DNA from: Azolla caroliniana
Lineage: Eukaryota; Plantae; Polypodiophyta
Assembly (NCBI GenBank): GCA_043228905.1
Contig: JBHGNT010000010.1
Coordinates: 3,038,001 to 3,102,000 of the forward strand
Direction: 5' to 3'
Length of the DNA stretch: 64,000 nucleotides
Shown: one piece after another, positions 11,228-21,541 of the stretch
How the letters are laid out: every line of letters begins with the position of its first letter
How positions within the stretch are numbered: the stretch's first letter is position 1
The notes under the pieces: generated by a model
Told to the model about the DNA's origin: nothing
Databases searched by the model: none
Seen by the model: the letters and a program-made list of their open reading frames with translations, nothing else
Position numbers and translations under genes: made by a program

Positions 11228-12500
11228 TGGATATTGCTTCCTCTATCATTTTGAAGAATCCTGGCCCCTATTTTTTTCGGTTATCTCTGTCGGCATGCGA
11301 GATTTGTAATTCTATTGCCTGTGTTGACCATGTCTTCCATCCTCTGTCGAGTGAGTCGGATACCAGTTTTAGAGTGTTGAGGTTATGGCGATTTAGTATT
11401 GCTCTGATTTTTTCTTCGCCCATACTCGCATGGTATTGTGTTGCGGCCAGTTGCTTGTGTAGATCTGTTAAATGTGCATTGGTTGCTCCTTCTGCTTGCA
11501 TGAGCTGTGCTTCGGCTACCAATAGGTCGAGTCTTTTATTTTCATACCTAGCTTCTATTTCGGTGCAGCGGATTTGTAAATTAGAATTCGTTGATTCCCA
11601 TTGTCGCTTTCTTCTGCATGCACCTCTTGTGTTGTTGTAGCTTTGAGTTCGGCTTCGGCCATTTGGGTAACAAAATAATATTCCTGAATGTGCACATATT
11701 CTTCTAACTCAAGTATCTGTTCCTCCTGTTGTTTTTCCTCTTGTTGTTGCGCTAACTGTCGTTTGAGCCGTTGTATTGCTTTGTCTTTTGCCTCCAGCCA
11801 TTTACCGATTTCTATTTTGGCCAATAGTAGACACTCTTCTCCCTTCTTGACTCTCGTTTCGGCTTCCTCTGCCAAGGCTCTTGTAGTTCCGATTGTTGAT
11901 TCAGCTTCAGACGCGGAAAGTCTGTCAGGTACTTTGTGTGCAAGCAATTGGTCTTTGGCCTATTTCAATTTTTCTTCTGTTTGTCAGAGTTTCTCTGACA
12001 ACTCATCTTTCTCGGCTTGCATTCTTTTACATTTATCGTTTAATACATCCGACGTTGCCGTTGCGTTTTTATATAATTCAGCCATATCTCTGGCTGCTCT
12101 GGCTGCTCTGTTTGCTCGTTCATATTCCCTATGGACTTCTACCACATGTAAAGGAGGCATTTGGATGGCTTCTCCCCTGTTTTTGGCATTGCGTTGTCGG
12201 CTGATTCGGTCAACTTCCTATTGTTCTTCCGGTTCAACCGCGCCAATCAATGACTTTTGGATCATGATTCGATCCTTGTGTTCTTGTGTCATTCTTTCTG
12301 ACACTTCCTGTAATCTATGTGCTAACCATTCTACCAATTCATAGGAAGTAACGAATTGTAGAATGGTTGCCAGCTCATGCGCCGCCGGATGAATTTCGGA
12401 AAAGCCTAATGCTTCCCGAGGACTCGTGACTGATGATTTTCCTTTTTCAATCCGACTTGTGTCCTCTGGGTTGACAGGAATCTCCGTTTTAGGTTGTTCA
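11228..12500 (-). pseudogene. Disrupted coiled-coil-rich ORF of the 3461-12735 element (continues at 3967-4303)
   Basis: E/K/Q/A-rich heptad-like fragments in ORFs 11268-11522 and 11555-11947; reading continues across the gypsy insert; no gag or pol motif recognised. Confidence 0.55.
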
Positions 12501-12539
12501 TCCGTTCTTTGCTTTTTTCTTAGAGATTCTTCTTGCTCG

Positions 12540-12583
12540 TCCTATTCAAGGGATTATGGGTTCGAGTCCCACCGGGCCTGCCA
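12540..12583 (+). other. ~44-nt copy of the tRNA-Arg 3' half including CCA (extended PBS on the minus strand)
   Basis: TCCTATTCAAGGGATTATGGGTTCGAGTCCCACCGGGCCTGCCA vs plant tRNA-Arg(UCU) 3' half TTCTAATCAAACGATTGTGGGTTCGAGTCCCACCGGGTGTG+CCA (recalled); 10 nt from the LTR. Confidence 0.72.
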
Positions 12584-12736
12584 AAATTTACTGTGTTGTT
12601 CGGCCGACAGACGACTCTCGATGACCGATAGACAGTGGGGTCGAACGTTCTATCAAAGAACTGTGGAATACGAATGGATTATACTAGATTAATTGTAACC
12701 TACGATACTGTATTTGTATCATGATCGACTATTTTA

Positions 12737-12993
12737 GTGGAGAATATCCGCCCAATCATGTTGGTGATAGCTTAGAAAACACCGAAGATACTGTTCCAGT
12801 GTTTGATTTGTTTGTTCTGCTTGTCCGTTTGTGTGCGGGTGGTAGCTGGAGGAGAGGTTACAAGTGACCTTGAGCATTTTGAAGAGGTGCTTCCAAAATT
12901 TCGAGACGAACTGAGGTCCACAGTCACAGATGATACTATCGGGGAGGCCACGATGCCGACATACCTCACGCATGACAGTTTCGGTGGTTTCTT
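12737..12993 (-). mobile_element. Chromovirus (Tf2/Tcn1-like) integrase core fragment
   Basis: RHRGLPDSIICDCGPQFVSKFWK...SSYHPHTNGQAEQTNQTLEQYLRCF. Confidence 0.85.
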
Positions 12994-13065
12994 CACTAGT
13001 GATTTCCTTAGTACATCACTAGTGAAAGCCATTATTTATGAAAAGAGAGAGAGAAAAGGTCCAAA

Positions 13066-13135
13066 TGGATGTAGCTCAGTTGGTAAGGTTGCCCAATGGA
13101 GACCAGATGGTCATGGGTTCAACCCCTACATTCCA
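13066..13135 (+). promoter_or_regulatory. tRNA-like module in the LTR
   Basis: A box TAGCTCAGTTGG (13072-13083), B box GGTTCAACCCC (13116-13126), acceptor-like stem GGATGTAG/CTACATTCC. Confidence 0.62.
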
Positions 13136-13191
13136 CAGTGGCATCTACTGAATTAAGAGATATATAAGAAGTATATAATAGAGAGGTGAGG

Positions 13192-13255
13192 AAGTTGGGT
13201 TTCGAACCCACAATGCAGTGCTTGTAGTGGTAACAACTTACCACTAGGGTAAGGT
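13192..13255 (-). promoter_or_regulatory. Second, convergent tRNA-like module in the LTR
   Basis: B box GGGTTCGAAACCC (13197-13209) and degenerate A box TACCCTAGTGG (13241-13251) on the minus strand. Confidence 0.5.
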
Positions 13256-13904
13256 AATTACAATAAAAAGAGATATATAGATAGATAGATTATATTATCG
13301 TCTTCGGAGGTCAAATATGATAGAAGACAAAGGAGAACCAAAACCCCAAAGCATTCGAGCTCTGATCCGACTAGAGGCTCACTGATGTGTGTGTGGGTGT
13401 GTACGGAGCTCGAAGCTCTGATTTCGGCCTGAGGACGCTTGTATTCTTCTCTGTCATTAAGTAAATATTTGGTATTGTTGCGTCAGGCCTCTCTCTCGCA
13501 CTACGTTGTTTCAACATCGTATATCTCTGTTTCTGAGCCCATGTGCTCATTTCCGGAATCCGGTGATAGGGCTTTGTGCTTAGCTAAGAACTCTGGTGAC
13601 CTAGCCAGATATTTGTGGCAAGCTTAGTAGCCTCTTTGCCTCCGACTCCCTAGTCCAAAAACCCCGTGGTCCCGCCTGATCCGACACGTACACGTGGATA
13701 TCCGCAACATCTTTGGTGAACCCGACATGAAGGGGCGGCAAAGGGAGCTTCAGGATGAGGGGAATCGAGCTCGCGGAAGCGATGGTGGTAGTTGTTGGCC
13801 ACCTAGTGAATGCTCGAGAGAGCTCTCCCGGCCTCGATAGGGCAATTGAGAACATAGTTAGCACGACATGCCGATTTAATGGAAAAGATGTCTCGAGCTA
13901 TTTG

Positions 13905-16255
13905 GGTGAAGGGCTTCCAACAGAAGACAAGAGTGGATTTTAATGAGATTTTTGCCCCGGTGGTGAAGATGACATCCATCCAGATGGTGTTGAGCATAGC
14001 GGCCAACATGAACCTCGAACTCGAATAGCTGGTTGTCAAGATAGCCTTTCTGCATGGTGATCTTGAAGAAGAAATTTATTGAAAACAGAAGGATTCGTCG
14101 AAAAGGGAAAGGAGAACCTAGTGTGCCGGTTGAGGAAGAGCCTTTACAGATTGAAGCAGGCTCCCTGGCAATGGTACCGAAAGTTCGAATCCTTCATGGC
14201 CGACCAAGGGTACCACAAAATGCAGGCCGACCATTGCGTGTTTGTGAAGAAGTTCAATGGAGGAGACTTCCTTGGCTTCCTGTTGTATGTGGGAGACATA
14301 CTAATTCTCGGACGAGACCATATCAAGATCGGAATGTTGAAGAAGTCCTTGAGCAGGTCATTCTCAATGAAGGATATGGGTCCAACAAGATAGATACTGG
14401 GAATGCACATTGTCCAGGACCGGACAAAGAGGCAGTTGTGGCTATCAAAGGAGAATTACATGACAAAGGTGATGAGGATACTACCGGCCACAACCGGTTG
14501 ATGCACTTGCGTATGCGGGTGCAAAAATCGAGAATGATAATGCACAGACAAATAGAAAGACAGTTCAAGTATTGATACACAAGTATTTATCGTCAAAAAC
14601 ACAAAATGGGAAAAACCACGGGAGCCCACAAACTTTGAACTAAATCACTATATCGAGAGGAAATACACAAGAAGAATCTCAAGGCAATCACCTTGAGTTC
14701 TTCTTTGTCTGACAGACGGTTGCAAAGTTACAACTCTCTCACACACTCTAGTTACGGAGGCAACTATCCACTATATCTTTTTACAACAATGATGATTCAC
14801 CACTCATAACTGCTTGCCCTAACTATATTTATACTCATATACATATATGAATATTTACAAATATAGCCCAATCGGATTCGGCCGATTTGGCCATCAGCCC
14901 AATCGGTCATCGTTCGATTATTGGGTATTCGATTTTTCGGCCTCGGTTGAGTTAGTTGAGCAAGGTCCCCAATGCCCCAACAATCGAAAGCTTGATGTAC
15001 GTGATGGTATGTACCATGCCGGACATCGGATATGCGGTCAGAGTTGTTAGCTGATTCATGAGCAATCTTGGAAGAGAGGATTAGGTTGCAATCAAGTGGG
15101 TACTCTGGTACCTGAGGGGCACCTCAAGCATGTGCCTTCAATTCATCTCAGGTAACCCCATATTAGAAGGTTTTACTCACGCGGACATGTCGGCTGATGT
15201 GGATACCAGTCGGTCCACGTCCGGATATGTAATGACTTATGCTGGGGGAGAGGTCTCGTGGCAATCGAGGTTGCAGAAGGTCGTGGTGTTGTCAACCACA
15301 GAAGCCGAGTACATGGTTGTTGCGGAAGCCGGCAAAGAAATAATCTAGATGAAGGAGTTCGTCGGAGAGTTGGGGATTTGACAAGAAGAATTCTGACTCT
15401 ACTGTGACAACCAAAGTGCCATCCACCTTGCGAAGAATGCCCCCTACCATTCGAGGACCAAGCACATCCAGAGGAGATATCATTGGCTCCAAGAGAGGGT
15501 AGAAGAGAAAGACTTTGCTCTAATGAAGATCCACACAACGGGGAATGGATCAGACATGATAAAGAAGGTGTTGTCAACAGAGAAGTTAGACACATGCCAG
15601 AGATGGGTTGGATTGTCAAAGCACCCCATGCCGGAGTGAAGGGGGAGTTTGTTGAGAAATGGTTCCCTCCAGATGGGAAGTAAAGCACGAGCCAGATTGG
15701 AGTTTTGAGGATCAACTATGGATACGAAGAGCCAACACCGGATGGGAAGTAGAGCACGAGCCGGATCAGTCAGATCCAAGGAAGAAGAAAGACCGGATCC
15801 GGATCCGATCCAGATAGGTATCCGGAAAAGTTCATATTTGTAAACAGGTTTTGTTACACCTATTTGGGACAGAATTGTAAATAGTCCTAAAGTTGTATTA
15901 GTATAAATACAACTAGGGAAAATCATTGTATGTGGACGAATAGTTGTTATTGGTTGTTGCCTCAGTAACTAAGAGAGAGTAGGAGAGAGACAGAGAGACA
16001 GAGAGAGAGTAAGAGTTGTAACTCTATTGTAACCCTAGTCTGATGAAGATGAGCTCAATGTTGTTGCCTTAGAGTTTCATGTGTATATTCCTCTCATCAT
16101 AGTGATATAGTTCGGAGTTTGTGGATTCTCATGGTTTTTCCCTTTCCGGGTTTTCCATCTCTGTACTTTGGTTTTCGGTCTTCTGTGATTTTTGTCTGTT
16201 CAATCTTTTCACCCCCATACGCATTAGTGAGAACCTGTTTTGGCCAGTTGGATCA
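13905..16255 (+). mobile_element. Decayed Ty1/copia 3' half (RT-RNase H, PPT, 3' LTR from 15650)
   Basis: VKGFQQK..., LKQAPWQWY, STSGYVMTYAGG, HSRTKHIQRRYHW; PPT GAAGGGGGAG then TGTTGAG at 15650; right end approximate. Confidence 0.85.
14470..14982 (-). mobile_element. Solo LTR inserted in copia RT, accompanied by a ~140-bp host deletion
   Basis: TGATG...CCCCAACA termini, minus-strand TATAAATA near 14826; host jumps from YxTK to (G)SLMY; no TSD. Confidence 0.65.
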
Positions 16256-19200
16256 TCTAAAAAAAACCCTCTTTGTACAAGCTGAGTATGGATTTCTTGA
16301 CCTTTATCAATGGAGTCTATGTCGTTGGAAGCTTGAAATCCAAAGAAACCATTATCACATCCGGAGACACTCCCTCAAGTTGCGAACAAGTTTTGATAAG
16401 GGCCACAAAAATGTGATGTACCATATATTACTCAACATTCCTTTTGTTTTTGATGCAATTTGATAGCGTCATATGGCATTCCACATCTCACAAAACCATG
16501 CTAAGGACATTGGATGACTACTCATTTTGATTAGCAAGCTTCTGCAAAGCATGCCTCAACCCTACTTCCAAGGCTCACAAAAACAGGTTACATCTCTCTA
16601 TCTAAAATGCATACAAAATCAGCCACCTTTAGAAATCCCTGCAATCTGATCGAAACTTTGTTGATGAATTCCAATGGCTGGAGTCGAAAAATGTATGCCG
16701 ATGACAGCAACACGTAGGGCTTGTTACCAAAGTGATATAAACTTTCACTATTTGTCTCCACTCATCCATAGAAAAGAGAAAGAGAAAAGCACCCCCCAAA
16801 TCTGAAAATTAAATAAACAAATAATCGATCCTCCCTGTCACTCCCTAGAAATGCTTCGTCCTCCATTAACATCATCCATCTCCATAGGACGGCTTCCCCA
16901 AGCAAAGCTGAACCAAACAACCTTATTTTCCTTATTCCCTCATCCATCATCTACAAAAAATGATGTTGAATTGACTCCCCCAAACAGAGTCATCCAATGT
17001 ATCCTTAAAGGCCTTCCCCTCACTAATGAAAAGAAGTCATCCAATGCATCCTTAAAGGCATTCCCCTCACTAATGAAAAGAAGTCCCTCCCGACGACCGA
17101 GTGTATGAAAACAACAGAAGTCGGAGTAGATAACCCGGTTTACCTGAAATAGTATAGAAAACACAAAAAGAAGATTTTTTTGGATATCCAAATCAGTTCC
17201 CTCAAGCAGAACCAATGCTAACTCTATTCCCCTTCCTTAATTCACCTCCACTCCTAACCAATAGAAGAGGCTCTCACTCTTATGTCACTCAAAATATGAG
17301 ATTGGCCGAAGAAAAACTAAGGACACCGAGAGTAATATGTAGCTAATGTGATGCCACCTTCAAGCTAATTGAAATTTGTTCCCTTAAGCAGAACCGATGC
17401 TAAACCTATTCCCCTTCCTTAATTCTTCTCCACTCATAACCAACATAAAAGGCTCTCACGCAATTCCATCCAACATGTTGACGCCCTTAGTGTGCAATAG
17501 ATTGGTCATTGGGTTGAGCAGGGGTTCCAAATCATGCTTGATTTTGGTTATGTGCAACCATGGTTTGCACAACAGAAAAAGGGGATGTTCCTTGATCAGC
17601 TAACTGAAGGACCAATCTAGTTTCACGATATTAATGTTGCTAATTCACAAGATTAACCATGTATTATGTGAGTGCTAATTGTGAATTTGATGAGTTTTAA
17701 CTATATGAATAATTGCTTGCAAGTTTCGGTGTATGTTTATTACATTCCAATTGTGAATTGTTCTATACTAATTTGGACAAGTTTTTAAAACAAATATTAG
17801 TTCATGTGAATTGAAGTTTGCAACCACTTTTCAACGTTGAAGTTACTAAGCATAAAGTTCGGTTGCATTTATAGTGTGGAAATTTACTCGAAAGCATTCA
17901 ATTGGTTATCCAATGTCATGCATGTATGATTGAGGCATAGGTCATCAAGAAGAAAGTTTACACTTCTAGAAGGGTCCTTAATTTGGTTGGAAAACATGCC
18001 TTCTTGAAATGAAAAGATTCATCTCCTAAGTTACTTGTCTACCATTGGCTCGGTAAAAGAAATCTCCTCTCAATTATTCAATTGAAGTTTGGCCATAAAA
18101 AGAGTCTTTATTTTGGTTGCTCCCTCATTTCATTTGTTGCAAACGCAACACTTATTGCAATCAGTTTAGCTTATGTAAAATACAATGCATATCACCCAAT
18201 GTGTAGAATAATCAAGCGCATGCAAGGGGAGAGAGGCTATTTCAAGAAACATTTTTATCTAACATGTAAGATGCCATAGATTAGAGTTCTAGCATAAAGC
18301 ATCAAATATGAGTAAATATATATCATTAGATGTTAATATGATATTAAAAATACATGTACGTGAATAATCATTTTCGAGGCAAAGTTTCTCCAAGAAAGAA
18401 TATCGACACATACTTCCCAATTTTTCTCCTTGAAAGATTGGCATAAACTTTTCAAATAGTGACACCTTATTCTAGATCTATCGATGAAGAGAGTGAACGC
18501 CAACTTGTACAAATGGGAAGCTAAATCCAAGTTATGTCAAACTTTATGGTAATGGGCAACACTTAATAATAGCAACTACCGCATACCAAAGTATTTAGTG
18601 GTTACAAATGTGGGTCTCATGGTTGTTCCACATCTTTAGATGATAATAACAACCTTACAAGTGGAAATCAATTAACTTATAATAAAACAAATTAAAATAC
18701 AAATAAAAAAGAATAGGCTACTCGTATACAGTAGGGAGCACGAACTAATTTAAGAACACGTATATAATGTCAAAGTTGTGCACGCACCATATCTCACATG
18801 TTTTGAATCATCAAAAAACAAACGATGCAAATTTAGGCGAGGGATGCAAATTATGGCCCAATGTATAAATGATTGGATGTTTTGAATATATAAAGTCAAA
18901 AGATTCTCTCTATTATGTAGTGATTTCTTAAAACACGACATTAATATGCTCCTAGCATGACTTTATGAATTGAATTTCGTTATAGAATTTATCTTTTACA
19001 ATATACTCCTCAGTCCTAGTATAACTTGGCAAATTGCATTTTGGATATGTTTCCAACTTCTTTTAATTAGCAAAGTAGCCTTATTTATCTCATTTCATCA
19101 AATTTATGGATTCATTGGTGTCATTTCTCTTCTTTTGTGAAAATACCTATTGTTAGCATGGTCTTTTAATGGGCAATGGTATCATTTTGAACAATTCCAA

Positions 19201-20203
19201 TGCCATTCTTGTGAAGCCATAGTTTTCGGAGAGATTAGTTATCATACACAATCTCGAACTAAAAATATGAAGAGTTCACTATAAGCAATTCTTAAGAAAC
19301 CAATTAGTATTGACGTAATCTCATGATTACATTTTTTTGGAGTTTTAAAATTATCACAATTTCAAACCCATTGCTCAAAGTATAATGCAGTACTATCTTA
19401 CTATTCCAACGAACCACACCTTCATACAAGAAGGTTTAGTATTTAAACAAAGTAATCATGTTTATTAGTATTACTCGTTAACCTTTTGGAAATCCTAAAC
19501 CTAATGTGTAAGGTTTAGGATTTGAACAAAGTAATCTTGTACTTCATCTAGGCATACATGTAATAAGGTAATGTAACAAAGTCTTTATATCTCATGTAAT
19601 AAGGTAATGTAAACCAGTCAACCTTTTGGAAATCCTAATTCATGCAAAAGCATCTACAATGCACTATTTATCAAATTCAAACATCTCATACATACATTAA
19701 TGCAATATTTCCTAAATTTGAGAGGATATTGCTCAAAGAAAGCATTTATGGCATTGCATTACCAGAAACATTATGCATTGTAGTAAACACGTTGCAACAA
19801 GTGTAAGTGGTAAGTGTGAAATGACAAATGAGTTCAATTTTAAGGAATGTTGTATGCATTAAACTTACTACATCTAAAAGCAACTACAAAACAATGTTGT
19901 AACTTGTAATTATTTCTTCTATCTTTTTTGGGATGGTAACTTATCATTAGAGATCATTCAAATATAAACCAAAAAAATGCAATATTCATCTTTGAAGATT
20001 AATAAAGAGAATATGTGCTAGATCTAGATATGTTGTACGAAACTTCAATCATGGAATATATACTAGGAATGAGACCATGCTTGATATTGGAATATATAGA
20101 AATAAGGCCATGCTCTAAGTAGTCAATATGTCTTTGGGTTTACGTAAGGATGTTATCCACATAGAGTTTGTCAACAAATGGTTAATCAACACTCATTGTT
20201 GTT

Positions 20204-21541
20204 GTTTTTTTTCCCTGAAAAGATATGCCTTGGTATTATTAAATCATAAGAAATACAAAAGTTGTGTTGGATAAACAAATATACCAACCGATTCCCTTGT
20301 ACCCTCATCATAGCCGATTTGTTGAGCATAGCTAGCAATAAGGGGTGATCAAGCAATAAGGAGAGATGCCCTCATTTTGCATCTTTTTGAAGCTTTTAAA
20401 GCTTCATAAACTCGGCCTTCTTGTGCATAACCTTATCAATGGCTGTTTTTTCCGAATTACTGCTTGATAAAACTGACATAGAAACATTATCATTGTAACA
20501 ACATCTGTAAGAAGTGCTTCACTTGAATGCCAGAAAGTAGAAATGTTTTTAGCTAAACTTCAAGCAATTTGCTATTTTTGTTTCTGGATTTCTGCTTTTC
20601 AAACTCTAACAGATGCCTCTCTTTCATAATACATCTTGCAACTTGTGCAACAACAACTTTCCAGCGCCATTCCTCATAATCAATTTGATGTGTATATGCA
20701 AGAACTGCACATATTTATACACCATATCTCCAAGATTTTTATCATCTACTCCTCCCAAACTGAAATTGAGCATTCAATGTAACCTATATAACACCCAAAA
20801 TTTGTAACAGCAAAATGTCCATAAACAAAGTTAGTAGACATTGTTTCCCAAAATGACGGGAACAATATACATCCAAATTATGTGATCTCCATCTTCCCTA
20901 AAAATGAGCATAGAGGTCCATATCCTTTTAAAATGCATTTGTCTCCTGAAAATGGCATCAGCATTGCCAGTGAAACTTTCATACTGACCACGTAATGTAT
21001 GAACAAGTAACAACCAAAATTCAGCAATTATAACTGAAGTATCTTGAGTGACATTATCAAATATTGATGTGCATCGCGCCTTCCAAATTACCCACATGAG
21101 AATAGATGAAATTGTCTTCCATATAATATCATCCCTAAATTGCAAACTGTCACTTATAAAAGGTTGAACCATTTGTATATGAGGAGGAACTATGTGAAAA
21201 GCTTCCACTATATCCTCCTTTTCATATAACAAGAGTTGTCCCTCTAGAATTCCCCACCTAACTGCACCCCAAGTGACCACACAATTAGCATGTATCAATA
21301 TCAACAACCTTAATACTCTTTGCCATATTTGCATAATTTTAGGACAAGACCACAATACATGCTTAATTGATTCTATCATACATCCACAACCAAAACCACA
21401 TGACTTACTATCTAATTGCCGCAACCAAGCCCGAACCGGTAGTGCATAATGGATCAATAACCAACGAAAAAGGACAATCTTCCTGGGAATCTGCATACTC
21501 CATAACCACTTCCAATATTTAGATGCATCCATTAAAGATGG
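20204..21541 (-). mobile_element. 5'-truncated L1-type LINE (zf-RVT region plus 3' UTR) with 19-bp TSD
   Basis: ORF 20831-21589 WKWLW..IPRKI..FRW...C.FGC..ESIKHVLWSC...WVIWKARC; TSD ATCAACACTCATTGTTGTT at 20185-20203 and 21542-21560; T-run (poly-A tail) at 20205-20212. Confidence 0.88.

Larger units (their letters stand above)
3461..12735. mobile_element. Non-autonomous LTR element (left LTR 3461-3914; right LTR 12594-~12735, truncated) with tRNA-Arg-related sites at both internal ends
   Basis: Direct repeat TGTTGTTCGGCCGACAGA... at 3461 and 12594; left LTR ends CGGCTAACA; about 1.75 kb internal once the 4308-11223 insert is removed; orientation ambiguous (best TATA and the ORF are on the minus strand). 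Confidence 0.75.
12995..13905 (+). mobile_element. Partial 5' LTR (ends 13709), tRNA-Trp PBS and gag start of a gypsy element
   Basis: U5 motif ending CCGCAACA, PBS TGGTGAACCCGACATGA at ~13714, ELAEAMVVVV...RFNGKDVSSYL homologous to gag at 9855-10400. Confidence 0.8.

Noticed and set aside
11688-12344. 218-aa Cys/Ser-rich plus-strand ORF
   Set aside because: Antisense shadow of the minus-strand coiled-coil ORF.
12540-12583. Possible tRNA-Arg gene
   Set aside because: Only the 3' half is present, CCA is encoded and it abuts an LTR; treated as PBS-derived.
13066-13135. Possible functional tRNA gene
   Set aside because: The anticodon arm does not pair convincingly and no T-run terminator follows; reported only as tRNA-like.
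17600-20180. AT-rich interval possibly intronic or containing small exons
   Set aside because: No supportable coding signal from sequence alone.
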